Positions 40,155 through 50,342 are shown, numbered from the stretch's first letter. The stretch is 64,000 bases of DNA from Lentimicrobiaceae bacterium (GCA_018001695.1 JAGNHN010000006.1:12358-76357), one strand, 5' to 3'. Program-made: numbers and translations. The notes: generated by a model not told the origin, from the sequence alone.

Positions 40155-42335
40155 ATGGTCGCATCAATGGTCATCCTGTCGATCCTATCCAGCTTCAGGC
40201 TCCCTCTGGAAAATCCGGTGCTGATTTTCTCTACGATCCTGTTTATCATTCTCTTCGCTCCTATTGTTCTCAATAAGTTCCGTATACCTTACCTGATCGG
40301 GTTAATCATTGCCGGTGCCATCATAGGACCCAATGGGCTGAATATATTGTTGAGGGACAGCAGTGTGGTGTTGTTCAGTACGGTTGGCCTCCTATATATT
40401 ATGTTCCTGGCCGGGATTGAGGTAGATATGAACGAATTCCGAAAAAACCGCTGGAGAAGCCTGGTATTTGGGATGTTCACTTTCCTGATTCCCATGGGAA
40501 TGGGTATTGCATCGGGCCAGTATCTGCTGGGCTTCGCCTTACCTACTGCCATTCTGTTAGCGAGTATGTTTGCATCCCATACCCTTATTGCCTATCCCAT
40601 CATACGCAATCTTGGGGTTGCTAGAAATAAGGCAGTCAACATCGCTATTGGCGGAACCATTATTACCGATACACTCGCATTGCTGGTACTCGCGGTTATC
40701 GCCGGCATGTACACGGGATCTTATTCCGAGCTGTTATGGTACAGGATTTCGATAAGTCTGGTTATCTTCAGCCTGATTATCCTTGTGGGGTTTCCATACC
40801 TGGGACGGTGGTTTTTCAAGAAATATGACGATAGTATCAGCCAATATATATTTGTTCTTGGGCTTGTCTTTCTAGGTGCATTTTTAGCCGAGGCAGCGGG
40901 CATAGAAGCCATCATCGGGGCATTTTTTGCCGGGCTGGCGCTGAACAGGTTAATACCCCATACCTCTCCTCTGATGAACCGCATTGAATTCGTGGGCAAT
41001 GCCTTGTTCATACCCTTTTTTCTGATTGGGGTAGGCATGCTGGTAGATATTCGTGTGTTTTTCAAGGATTTTGAGACCATCTGGGTGGCAATTGTCATGA
41101 CGGTTGTGGCAACAACATCCAAGTTTGTTGCGGCCTGGTTGACCCAGAAATCATTCAGATTCTCAGCCGATGAGCGCAGGCTCATCTTTGGTCTGAGTAA
41201 TGCCCAGGCTGCCGCCACATTGGCCGCTGTTCTGGTTGGGTACAATATTATTATTGGCACTGATGAGTCTGGTGAGCCTATACGACTGCTGAATGAGGCG
41301 GTTTTGAATGGTACGATTGTCATGATCCTCGTTACCTGCACCATTGCATCCTTTGTTGCTCAGAAAGGAGCTTCAAACCTCGCATTGCAGGAGTCGCAGG
41401 ATGTTGACATTGATGAAACACCATCTAATCAAAAGGAGAGAATCTTGCTTCCGATGAATCAGTTGAGTACCGTTGAAGAACTGGTCCAGCTGAGTGTTAT
41501 CGTGAAAAACCCCGGAACGAAAGATAATTTATACGCACTAACGGTTGTCACCAGTGACGAGGAAGAGGCGTTGATGAAAAAGAATGCAGGGAAAATCCTT
41601 GACAAAGCTGCAGTCACAGCCTCAGCTACCGACAACCGGGTACATACGCTGCTAAGGTATGATCTGAACATTGTCAATGCCATTGAGAACATCGTTAAGG
41701 AACATGACATTTCAGACATCGTCCTGGGTGTCAACCCTGCTAAGGGCATGACCAGTACTTTTCTGAGCAATGTTACTGAGGGTATTCTTAACAAATGTGA
41801 GACTACAACCCTCATTTACAGAAGTATACAGCCTCTGAGTACCATCCGTCGAAATATCATTCTGATTCCTGAGAAAGCTGAGCTGGAGATAGGGTTTCCA
41901 TTGTGGCTGGCAAAACTCTGGAACCTGAGCAGAAATACAGGAGCGCAACTGGTCAGTTATGCACATGAGGACACGACGAAGTACCTGAAGCAGGTTCACA
42001 AGGAGCATCCAATCAATGCTGTTTTCAAACATTTCAGCGATTGGGACGATATGTTGGTTTTATCGCGGGATATTGCCACCAACGACAACCTCATCATCGT
42101 CATGAGCCGCCGTAACAGGCCATCGTATACACCTGCCATGCTGAAGATCCCCTCCTATCTCAACAAATATTTTCAGCAGAATAACTATTTGATTATATAT
42201 CCATTACAATACGGTATCTCCAGTGATAGTTCAATAGATATCAACAATGCGGCAGACTATGAGAGTCTTGGTCAGAATATCGTCGTTTTTGATGATATTG
42301 CGAAGGCCATCTCCAGGCTTTTCGGAAAGAAGTAG
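40155..42335 (+). CDS. Cation:proton antiporter (CPA2) with C-terminal USP-like domains
   Basis: About 13 TM helices, GLLYIMFLAGIE, GGTIITDTLAL, IEAIIGAFFAG, soluble C-terminal region. Confidence 0.92.
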   Translation: MVASMVILSILSSFRLPLENPVLIFSTILFIILFAPIVLNKFRIPYLIGLIIAGAIIGPNGLNILLRDSSVVLFSTVGLLYIMFLAGIEVDMNEFRKNRWRSLVFGMFTFLIPMGMGIASGQYLLGFALPTAILLASMFASHTLIAYPIIRNLGVARNKAVNIAIGGTIITDTLALLVLAVIAGMYTGSYSELLWYRISISLVIFSLIILVGFPYLGRWFFKKYDDSISQYIFVLGLVFLGAFLAEAAGIEAIIGAFFAGLALNRLIPHTSPLMNRIEFVGNALFIPFFLIGVGMLVDIRVFFKDFETIWVAIVMTVVATTSKFVAAWLTQKSFRFSADERRLIFGLSNAQAAATLAAVLVGYNIIIGTDESGEPIRLLNEAVLNGTIVMILVTCTIASFVAQKGASNLALQESQDVDIDETPSNQKERILLPMNQLSTVEELVQLSVIVKNPGTKDNLYALTVVTSDEEEALMKKNAGKILDKAAVTASATDNRVHTLLRYDLNIVNAIENIVKEHDISDIVLGVNPAKGMTSTFLSNVTEGILNKCETTTLIYRSIQPLSTIRRNIILIPEKAELEIGFPLWLAKLWNLSRNTGAQLVSYAHEDTTKYLKQVHKEHPINAVFKHFSDWDDMLVLSRDIATNDNLIIVMSRRNRPSYTPAMLKIPSYLNKYFQQNNYLIIYPLQYGISSDSSIDINNAADYESLGQNIVVFDDIAKAISRLFGKK

Positions 42336-42411
42336 CCATTGACTGCGGATGGTTGATATGCAGTGAACTTTTTTATGGCAAAATGGTTTATTAGTATCAT
42401 TATCTTGTTTC

Positions 42412-42957
42412 ATGGACAAACTAGCACGCGTAGTATCCCCCGACGATATTTTTGAGTCCTACCGTGACACGCCAATCGGAAGGCTGCTTGAATACCACAA
42501 TATGGGACGTCCACATGAATCCTATGACACAGCTCAGCTGCTGATAGGTATGTGTGTTGACAATCGCAAGCAGATGCGAATTCCGCAGAATTTTGCTTTC
42601 ATCATCAGGGCCGGGGGTGCCAATATGAGGTATAGCGAGTTCAAGGTTTCTTTTGCTATTGCCATCGGACAAGTATCGCATATGGCCCTCATCGGTCATA
42701 ACCATTGTGGTATGGTGAACCTTGCATCCAAGCAGGAAGTCTTCATCGAAGGTCTGGTGAAACGGGCAGGATGGAACAGGGAGCGGGCCGAGGCGCATTT
42801 TCTACATTATTCTCCTATGTTTGAAATCCACAACGAGACCGAGTTTGTGATATCTGAAGCCAAAAGATTGAGGTTACAATATCCTGGGATTCAGATAGCT
42901 CCCATGATGTACATTGTAGAAGACAACCAGTTGTACCTCGTTCGCGAGGATATATAG
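42412..42957 (+). CDS. Beta-class carbonic anhydrase-like protein
   Basis: Zn ligands C-x-D-x-R (CVDNR) and H-x-x-C (HNHCG). Confidence 0.8.
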   Translation: MDKLARVVSPDDIFESYRDTPIGRLLEYHNMGRPHESYDTAQLLIGMCVDNRKQMRIPQNFAFIIRAGGANMRYSEFKVSFAIAIGQVSHMALIGHNHCGMVNLASKQEVFIEGLVKRAGWNRERAEAHFLHYSPMFEIHNETEFVISEAKRLRLQYPGIQIAPMMYIVEDNQLYLVREDI

Positions 42958-43053
42958 CCAGTTTTCGATTGCTTTCTTTTTAACTTTCTTGCAGGAAACT
43001 CTGACAGGGGATTTTCTTAATTTCGCAGCTTCAATGTTCTAAACGAAGAAGTC

Positions 43054-44307
43054 GTGGATATTTTCGAAAAAGTATTACAAAACCTGGGACCGCTGGGCAA
43101 GTATTCTGACCTGGCACATGGGTATTTTACATTTCCCAAGCTGGAAGGTGAAATCAGCAACCGCATGATTTTTCAGGGTAAGGAAAGGCTGGTATGGAGC
43201 CTGAACAATTATATCGGCCTGGGTAATCATCCGGAAGTTCGCAAGGCTGATGCAGAGGCCAGTCGTGACTATGGACTCGCCTACCCCATGGGAGCCCGCA
43301 TGATGTCGGGCCAAACAACCCTGCATGAGCAACTGGAACGTGAGCTGGCTGCCTTTGTCGGGAAAGAGGATGCATTTTTGCTCAACTTTGGCTATCAGGG
43401 CATGGTCAGTATCATTGATTCCCTGGTTGACCGAAAGGATGTCATTGTGTATGACAGCGAAGCCCATGCCTGTATCATCGATGGGTTGCGGATGCACTTA
43501 GGGAAACGCTATGTTTATCCGCACAACAACATGGAAAGCTTCCGCAAGCAGTTGGAACATGCGCGGAAGATGACGGAGACTACCGGAGGCGGTATATTGG
43601 TGATCACGGAAGGTGTTTATGGAATGTCCGGTGATCTTGGAAAATTGAAAGAAATCGTTGCGTTTAAGAAGGAATATAATTTCAGGCTGCTGGTTGATGA
43701 TGCCCACGGTTTTGGTACCATGGGCGCAACCGGAGCTGGTACCGGTGAGCACCTCGGTGTGCAGGATGAAATAGATGTTTACTTTGCCACTTTCGCCAAA
43801 GCCATGGCTGGCATAGGTGCTTTTGTGGCCAGCCGTGCCGACATTGTTCAGTACCTCAGGTACAATATGCGTTCACAGACATTTGCGAAGTCCCTGCCCA
43901 TGCCCATGGTGATTGGGTCCCTGAAGCGTCTGGAATTGTTAAAAAATGAACCTGGCCTTCGCGAAAAGCTGTGGACCATCGTCAATGCGCTGCAAAGCGG
44001 TTTGAAGGAAGCGGGCTTCAACCTGGGAGCGACAGAATCCCCGGTGACACCCGTTTTTCTGAATGGCGGATTATCTGAAGCCACCAACCTCACCTATGAG
44101 ATGCGCGAGAAATACAATATTTTCTGTTCGATCGTAACCTATCCTGTTATTCCCAAAGGGTTCATTCTCATTCGATTAATTCCGACATCCGTGCATACAC
44201 TGGACGATGTGGCTTATACCATCCAGGCGTTTAAAGCGCTGAAGGCCAAGCTGGATTCGGGAGAGTTCGCATCACGCGAAATGGTTGATGCCTCGAGTAT
44301 CAGGTAA
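43054..44307 (+). CDS. PLP-dependent alpha-oxoamine synthase, probably cysteate acyl-ACP transferase (SulA/CapB-like, sulfonolipid synthesis)
   Basis: WSLNNYIGL, GARMMSG, VDDAHGFG, TFAKAM (PLP Lys), AKSLPMP. Resembles my recollection of Alistipes SulA more than canonical SPT, BioF or Kbl. Confidence 0.75.
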   Translation: MDIFEKVLQNLGPLGKYSDLAHGYFTFPKLEGEISNRMIFQGKERLVWSLNNYIGLGNHPEVRKADAEASRDYGLAYPMGARMMSGQTTLHEQLERELAAFVGKEDAFLLNFGYQGMVSIIDSLVDRKDVIVYDSEAHACIIDGLRMHLGKRYVYPHNNMESFRKQLEHARKMTETTGGGILVITEGVYGMSGDLGKLKEIVAFKKEYNFRLLVDDAHGFGTMGATGAGTGEHLGVQDEIDVYFATFAKAMAGIGAFVASRADIVQYLRYNMRSQTFAKSLPMPMVIGSLKRLELLKNEPGLREKLWTIVNALQSGLKEAGFNLGATESPVTPVFLNGGLSEATNLTYEMREKYNIFCSIVTYPVIPKGFILIRLIPTSVHTLDDVAYTIQAFKALKAKLDSGEFASREMVDASSIR

Positions 44308-44328
44308 ACTGCATTTAAGAGAACAGAT

Positions 44329-46035
44329 CTAGCTTCTGATATGAAGCTTCACTGCACAGGGCTGCCTTAGGGCGGCCCTGTTTGTTATCCAGAACCTTGC
44401 AACATACACCCCCGGCCTGGTTTGGCCCGACAGGGGAAGCAGAACAGGCAAGGAAACCGCATGTGGATGCGTCATGACAAGTCGGCCCTGCATATCGAAA
44501 AGCTCCAGGGATGATAGTACCCCATCGCCTGCCACTTGCAAGCAATGTTGCTCCGGATGGTAGACAATGTCAACCATGCTTTCCTGGTGAATTTCCGCCT
44601 GGGCAAAGAGGGGAAGCAATGCCACATCCCTGATAACAGCCTGGCCTGGAACCACTGGTATGCCTGTGATTGTCCGGGAAAAATAACCTGGAGAACTATA
44701 GGTGACATCATACAGCCCCGGATACAGGTAGCGGTAATAGTCACCAAATGGCATCCGTGTGCGAGCATGGCTGCTGTCCAGATCATGTCCGTTGATGGTA
44801 ATCATAGCCGGAATGGCCTGATTTGTAAGAGAGTCGTAAACAATGCCCCTCAGCCCGTAGGTTGCCTGTTCCATATAATGCAGCAAGGATCTGTAATTGG
44901 CATTCCAGAATGTTGGCAGGGTCGAAGCTGCAGGCAATTTGACCTGTGATATCTCCAATGTGAATTCACGGCACAAATGGAAGTAGTTCATATAGTCCTG
45001 TCTTCCACCGCTAATGGTATACCAGGTGTAACCATTCACCACACCTGTTCCGAAATCGTTGAAATAGCCTGTGGGACCATAAAACTGGGCTGAATCAGCA
45101 TACTGGTTGCAAACCATCACCCACCAGCTGTTGTCGGCAGGGTATTGCGGCCAGGTGTCCCAAGGATAATTACATACTTCTGCACCCCCATGAATATTAG
45201 CAGACATGTTAAATTTCAGGGAATCTGCCAGTGCCATGAAGTACAAGGTTTCCTGTTGCCAGGGTTTATTGTCGGGATGTGGCCCATCCTCCGGATCAGG
45301 GAAGTTTCGGTTGAAATCAACCCAATTTGCATTAAAACGTATAGCATTGTTCACCGTATGGTTGCCACCGTAAAAGGTTCCATTAGGATTCGCAAGGGGG
45401 TTAATCCAGATTTCGAGATTGTCCAACAGATGGGTAACGAGTGGGTTAATCCCGTATTCATCGAGCAGGTATTGTATCAGCTGCAGCGTAAGCACATAAC
45501 CCACCAGTTCATCTCCGTGCATGGAAGAAGTATAGAGAAACCTGGGTTCCATTTCTATGCTGTCCACATTGGTACTGATCACAGCTGCCAGCAATTTTCT
45601 TCCACCCGCCAGGGTTCCGATTTCCTCTATGCGGCAGAGATCAGGATAATTTGCCTCAAACTGTGACATCAGACTTAGGTAGGAAGTATACGTTGGGTAG
45701 AAATCCCAGATAGAATCCGGCAGGGTCATTACATCCCGCATACAGTGCTCCGTTATCTGAGATGGATGAGGCAACTCCGTGTACGGAATACCTAAGCTGC
45801 GAAAAGCCGGAAGATCTGCTGTTGTTGTATAAGCAATGGCAAAGCCATCTTCGACACGGTCGATGGTAACGAGTTTATTCAGGGCGTCGCTAATCCCGCC
45901 TTCTGGCACCTGAAAACGAATGATATGTTGTGACTGATAATCTGTAACAGTCTGGGAATAGGTATTATAAACATGTGCGACAAGGATCAGAAAAATGAAT
46001 CCAGCCAACTTTATCCCCTTCATCATACGCATCAA
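44329..46035 (-). CDS. M14 zinc carboxypeptidase with regulatory (transthyretin-like) domain and T9SS-like C-terminal domain
   Basis: Signal peptide; SSMHGDE, NRNFPD, NIHGGAEVCNYPWD, EFTLEIS; C-terminal LFDMQGRLV...PGVYV. Confidence 0.88.
   Translation of the reverse strand: MMRMMKGIKLAGFIFLILVAHVYNTYSQTVTDYQSQHIIRFQVPEGGISDALNKLVTIDRVEDGFAIAYTTTADLPAFRSLGIPYTELPHPSQITEHCMRDVMTLPDSIWDFYPTYTSYLSLMSQFEANYPDLCRIEEIGTLAGGRKLLAAVISTNVDSIEMEPRFLYTSSMHGDELVGYVLTLQLIQYLLDEYGINPLVTHLLDNLEIWINPLANPNGTFYGGNHTVNNAIRFNANWVDFNRNFPDPEDGPHPDNKPWQQETLYFMALADSLKFNMSANIHGGAEVCNYPWDTWPQYPADNSWWVMVCNQYADSAQFYGPTGYFNDFGTGVVNGYTWYTISGGRQDYMNYFHLCREFTLEISQVKLPAASTLPTFWNANYRSLLHYMEQATYGLRGIVYDSLTNQAIPAMITINGHDLDSSHARTRMPFGDYYRYLYPGLYDVTYSSPGYFSRTITGIPVVPGQAVIRDVALLPLFAQAEIHQESMVDIVYHPEQHCLQVAGDGVLSSLELFDMQGRLVMTHPHAVSLPVLLPLSGQTRPGVYVARFWITNRAALRQPCAVKLHIRS
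44356..44386 (+). terminator. Intrinsic terminator of the oxoamine synthase gene, overlapping the 3' end of the convergent peptidase CDS
   Basis: ACAGGGCTGCC-TTAG-GGCGGCCCTGT followed by TTGTT. Confidence 0.6.
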
Positions 46036-46148
46036 TTTTCTTAAATCATCCCAAAAATCTTATCCCGGGCCATGATAGGAATTCAATTGGAAACTAGTTG
46101 TTTAATTAACTGGCATCACGCCCTGTATGATCTTTTCTCTTCTTTCAA

Positions 46149-48059
46149 TTAGGGTGATGCTGGTAAATAGCTACTGTCCGCATCACCGGTGCAGTGCACT
46201 TTAATGGTTACCTGGATGTGATTATCCAGGTTAACATCCAATACTTCACTGAGCCAGTCAGGCTTGCTAAAGTTATTGATAAGTCCGGCAAATCTCTTCT
46301 GAATCAGCAGGGCATCGTTGGCATTAAGGAATTCGGACTGGTTTACATCGCCCGCATGAAATGCCAGCCCTGTGATTGGAGGGCCCATTTCCACAAAATG
46401 ACGCATCACGGCGAGTGCATCTGCACTATTGACCCCACCCCAGACATGGGATGCCTGTGCTTTGAGCTGATAGGTACCTGCTTGTAGCCAATTGAAAACG
46501 AAATAGCCCGTTGAATCAGTGGTGGTGCTGTCAAGGACCTGCCCGCCTGAATCCAACAGGAAAACCGACGCCAGAGCCATCGGTGTTTGATTGGTGTTGT
46601 TGTAAACCACATGTCCTGCGAGATGATAGCCGGTTCTAACCAGAGCTACATCGCGTCGTGTGGACTGACCATTTGTAATCACTACACCTGGGACGGTTTT
46701 GGTATTATAACCAGTTGCAGCATAGGTGAGCGTATAAGTTCCTGCAGGCAGATATCGGTTGTAATAACCCAAAGGCATGCGTGTGTATACCCATGAACTA
46801 TCCTGGTCATGACCCACGGCAAAAACTTTAGCATAAACAGGTTGTTGCGTCAGAGAGTCGGTCACTGTTCCATGAAGACCATTGATTGCATGACTGAGGT
46901 AATTCAGCAAAGAGCGGTAGTTCCACGCCCAATAGTTATTCAGCGTTGAGGGGGCTGGTAGTTTTTGTTGACTTATCTCCAAAGTGAATTCCCTGCATTG
47001 ATGAAAGAAATTCATGTAATCCTGCCTGCCGCCTGTGATCATATACCAGGCATATCCGTTCGTTATGCCGTTGTTGAAATCATTCAGGTATCCTGCAGGG
47101 CTGTAATACTGGGCTGTATCAGCATATTGACGGCAAACATGCACCCACCAGGCATTATCGGGATGAAGGCGACTCCATACATCCCAGGGGTAGTTACAAA
47201 CCTCGGCCCCACCATGAATATTGACACCCAGGGAAAACTTACGGGTCTGCGCCAGCGCCATATAGATGATGGTTTCGGGCTGCCAGGCTTTATTGTCGGG
47301 GTGTGGACCGAATTGGGCATCGGGGTAATTTCTGTTAAGATCGACATAGGCAGCGTTGAAGCGTGTGGCTCCGTAGATAGTGTTGTTTCCGGCTGCATAT
47401 GTGCCATTGGGATTCGCCAGCGGGCTGATCCAGATATCGATATTGTCCACCAATCGCTTGACCGCTGTATCCGTATTGTAATTAGACAACAAGTGATCGG
47501 CCAGCCTGAGCATCAGAATATAACCCACTACCTCATCTCCATGCATTGTTGAAGAATACAATACAGAGGGCTTTGGTAGCACAGAATCAGGATATTGTGT
47601 TATCTGCAAAGCCAAAATCTTCCTGCCACTGGAGAGGGTTCCGAGATCATGAAGACGGCAAAGCGATGGAAATTGTTGTGCGAAACCACTCATCAGCGCC
47701 TCATATCCCTGGTATGTTGGATAATAATCCCAGCTTAAGATGCCCTTACTGCCTGGGTCATCCGACATTGGCCAGGGGCCTGTTTGCATGGAAGGTGGTG
47801 GCAGCACTACATGAGGAATTCCCAATGCCTGAAACAATGTAAACCCCTGCTGGTCGGCATAAGCCCAGACGCTGTCTTTGCTCACGGCATCAACGGAAAC
47901 GATCCGGTTAACCTGACTAAGGGCTGCTGTGTCTATTGGAAAACGAAAGTATACTTCTCCCCTCCCATTGGCGAATGGCTGGATTTGTCCAAGCACCACA
48001 CCTGTAAGGAGGATACCAATGAATATGATGACCCCGCGTTTCACCAACAACAGACTCAT
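46149..48059 (-). CDS. M14 zinc carboxypeptidase with regulatory domain, Ig-like domain and dockerin-like C-terminus
   Basis: Signal peptide; STMHGDE, NRNYPD, NIHGGAEVCNYPWD, EFTLEIS; VNSADAL and GDVNQSEFLNANDAL dockerin-type repeats. Confidence 0.88.
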   Translation of the reverse strand: MSLLLVKRGVIIFIGILLTGVVLGQIQPFANGRGEVYFRFPIDTAALSQVNRIVSVDAVSKDSVWAYADQQGFTLFQALGIPHVVLPPPSMQTGPWPMSDDPGSKGILSWDYYPTYQGYEALMSGFAQQFPSLCRLHDLGTLSSGRKILALQITQYPDSVLPKPSVLYSSTMHGDEVVGYILMLRLADHLLSNYNTDTAVKRLVDNIDIWISPLANPNGTYAAGNNTIYGATRFNAAYVDLNRNYPDAQFGPHPDNKAWQPETIIYMALAQTRKFSLGVNIHGGAEVCNYPWDVWSRLHPDNAWWVHVCRQYADTAQYYSPAGYLNDFNNGITNGYAWYMITGGRQDYMNFFHQCREFTLEISQQKLPAPSTLNNYWAWNYRSLLNYLSHAINGLHGTVTDSLTQQPVYAKVFAVGHDQDSSWVYTRMPLGYYNRYLPAGTYTLTYAATGYNTKTVPGVVITNGQSTRRDVALVRTGYHLAGHVVYNNTNQTPMALASVFLLDSGGQVLDSTTTDSTGYFVFNWLQAGTYQLKAQASHVWGGVNSADALAVMRHFVEMGPPITGLAFHAGDVNQSEFLNANDALLIQKRFAGLINNFSKPDWLSEVLDVNLDNHIQVTIKVHCTGDADSSYLPASP

Positions 48060-48940
48060 GCTTTCAGGCTTTTTATTAGCTCATTCAACTTTTGATAGAC
48101 ATGTTTTTCAACCTTTACCAGCGGGAGGCGAAGGTTGTTTTCACAAATCCCCATTATTTCAAGCGCGGCTTTGATGCCGGATGGACTCCCATCCGCAAAG
48201 AGCTCATTGATGAAAGGCGCCAGGCGGTAATGGATATCGCGTGCAGCAGAAGTATTGCCTTCTTTCGCCAACCTAACCATGCTGCTGAACTCCTGCGGGC
48301 AGGTATTGGCTACAACGCTGATCACGCCATCGGCGCCAAGTGTCATGAGAGGAAAGGTCAGAATATCATCTCCGGAAATGACCAGGAAATCCTTGGGCTT
48401 GTTCCTGATAATGTCCATGATCTGAACCAGATTGCCGGAAGCCTCCTTGATCCCGATGATATTATCTACCTCCCTTGCCAGACTGAGTGTCGTTTGGGCT
48501 GTCATATTGGAGGCTGTTCTTCCTGGTACATTGTATAATATCATTGGAAGAGGCGATGCAGCAGCCAGGGTCTTGAAGTGATGAAAGATGCCCTGCTGCT
48601 GAGGCTTGTTATAGTAAGGCGAAACAGAAAGGATAGCTGATATTCCTTCAAAATCAGTGGTTTTGATCGTGTTAACAAGCTCCTGTGTATTGTTTCCTCC
48701 TATGCCCAGAACGATGGGGACACGTTTCTCAGTGACTTCCACAACGTACTGAATCAAGGCTGTTTTTTCATCCTTCGACAGGGTAACGGATTCACCCGTC
48801 GTTCCCATTACAACGAGGTAATCTACACCCCCTTCGATCACGTGTTGCAGGAGTCTGTTCAGGGCCGAGAAATCTATCGTGCCATACTTATGGAACGGCG
48901 TTACGAGGGCAACACCCGTGCCGCTGAGGTTTACTTTCAT
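48056..48940 (-). CDS. dapA: 4-hydroxy-tetrahydrodipicolinate synthase
   Basis: ALVTPF, GTTGES, PYYNKP, LYNVPGRT, IKEASG, SGDD. Confidence 0.97.
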   Translation of the reverse strand: MKVNLSGTGVALVTPFHKYGTIDFSALNRLLQHVIEGGVDYLVVMGTTGESVTLSKDEKTALIQYVVEVTEKRVPIVLGIGGNNTQELVNTIKTTDFEGISAILSVSPYYNKPQQQGIFHHFKTLAAASPLPMILYNVPGRTASNMTAQTTLSLAREVDNIIGIKEASGNLVQIMDIIRNKPKDFLVISGDDILTFPLMTLGADGVISVVANTCPQEFSSMVRLAKEGNTSAARDIHYRLAPFINELFADGSPSGIKAALEIMGICENNLRLPLVKVEKHVYQKLNELIKSLKA

Positions 48941-49485
48941 GATGTAGTGGATTGAATCTGTTGAAGGTAATGTGTCATATGCTTCAGTACGATCTCCATC
49001 TCAGCATTCTGATCGTTGATGTGAATCAGGATATCGGCAACCTGCTTTTTCCGTCCGGAAAACAAGCTGACAGTCAGCTTGCTTTTGGCGTTTGCCATCA
49101 GGTACATTAATGGAATGTGGTCATTCAGACTTATATCGAAAACAATATCGTATTCTTTCTTCAGGAATTGGCTTATGACAGGAAGCGGTTTTGGCAGCAT
49201 CTTCCAGTCCACGTCATTGGCAGTGAAAACACCCATTCCAGGATTCTCATGTTTCGCTGGCTTTACCGGAAGGTAACCTACCAATTCGATATCGGCCGCT
49301 TTGAAAACATCACTTTTGATGATCTGCATAAGCCTATGGTAATGTGTACCGCTCCACTCGTAGAGGATGGCAATATGCCGGGCCTCCCCTATCTGCAAAT
49401 ACTTCTTAATCCGTCGGTTAGACTTCTTTGCTTTAAGTACCGCATCAAATCCAAGACGCTGGCGAAAGCTGATAAATAGGTTCAC
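48937..49485 (-). CDS. Conserved hypothetical protein (DUF6913-like, Bacteroidota gene upstream of dapA)
   Basis: 182-aa ORF with FLKKEYDIVFD and LMANAKSKLTV, ATGA-coupled to dapA. Family label is recalled from synteny. Confidence 0.65.
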   Translation of the reverse strand: MNLFISFRQRLGFDAVLKAKKSNRRIKKYLQIGEARHIAILYEWSGTHYHRLMQIIKSDVFKAADIELVGYLPVKPAKHENPGMGVFTANDVDWKMLPKPLPVISQFLKKEYDIVFDISLNDHIPLMYLMANAKSKLTVSLFSGRKKQVADILIHINDQNAEMEIVLKHMTHYLQQIQSTTS

Positions 49486-49580
49486 TACCTTGATTTTTCA
49501 GTTGGTTAGATGTTGAGCTACCAGCAAGCTGTTGAAAAGCGTAAATTGCAGCGTCTGGTTATAACAAAAGTAATACAAAA

Positions 49581-50342
49581 TTGAGAATACAGTTTTTAGG
49601 TACAGGCACCAGTCAGGGCGTTCCCGTCATCGCTTGTCCTTGCGACGTTTGTGCATCTGCGGACACTCGGGACAAAAGACTGAGGTCCTCGGTCCTGGTG
49701 GAAACAGGTGGCATTACCCTGGTTATTGATACGGGGCCTGACTTCAGGCAGCAGATGCTGCGCACAGATACCCGGAGACTGGATGCTGTCCTTCTTACCC
49801 ATGGGCACAAGGATCACATTGGTGGACTGGATGATGTACGGGCATTCAATTATCTGCAGCGCAAACCCATGGACATTTATGGGCAAGCGGATGTATTGGA
49901 AGATATCCGGCGCGAATTCTCCTATGCTTTTGGACATGATCGTTATCCAGGTGTTCCGGAGCTCAGGCTCATTGACATTGAAGGCAAAGATTTTTTTGTT
50001 GGTGAGACGTTGATTAAGCCTGTTCATGTAATGCATGCTGATTTGCCGGTGATGGGATTCAGGATAGGCCCATTTACCTACATAACCGACGCTAGCTTCA
50101 TCTCTGACCTGGAGATGGAGAAAATAAAAGGAAGTGAAATATTGGTAATCAATGCATTAAGGAAGAGAAAACATCATTCCCATTTCAACCTGGAAGAGGC
50201 ATTGGACGTTATTTCCACCATCCAACCGAGGCAGTCCTACCTCACGCATATCAGCCATCAAATGGGTAAATATGAAGAAGTTATGCCATCATTGCCACCA
50301 GGTGTGAGCCTGGCCTTTGACGGTCTTATTCTTGATCTTTGA
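49581..50342 (+). CDS. Metallo-beta-lactamase fold hydrolase (PhnP/YycJ-like)
   Basis: FLGTGTSQGVP, CPCDVC, IDTGPDFRQQ, THGHKDHIGG, YLTHISH; TTG start. Confidence 0.92.
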   Translation: MRIQFLGTGTSQGVPVIACPCDVCASADTRDKRLRSSVLVETGGITLVIDTGPDFRQQMLRTDTRRLDAVLLTHGHKDHIGGLDDVRAFNYLQRKPMDIYGQADVLEDIRREFSYAFGHDRYPGVPELRLIDIEGKDFFVGETLIKPVHVMHADLPVMGFRIGPFTYITDASFISDLEMEKIKGSEILVINALRKRKHHSHFNLEEALDVISTIQPRQSYLTHISHQMGKYEEVMPSLPPGVSLAFDGLILDL

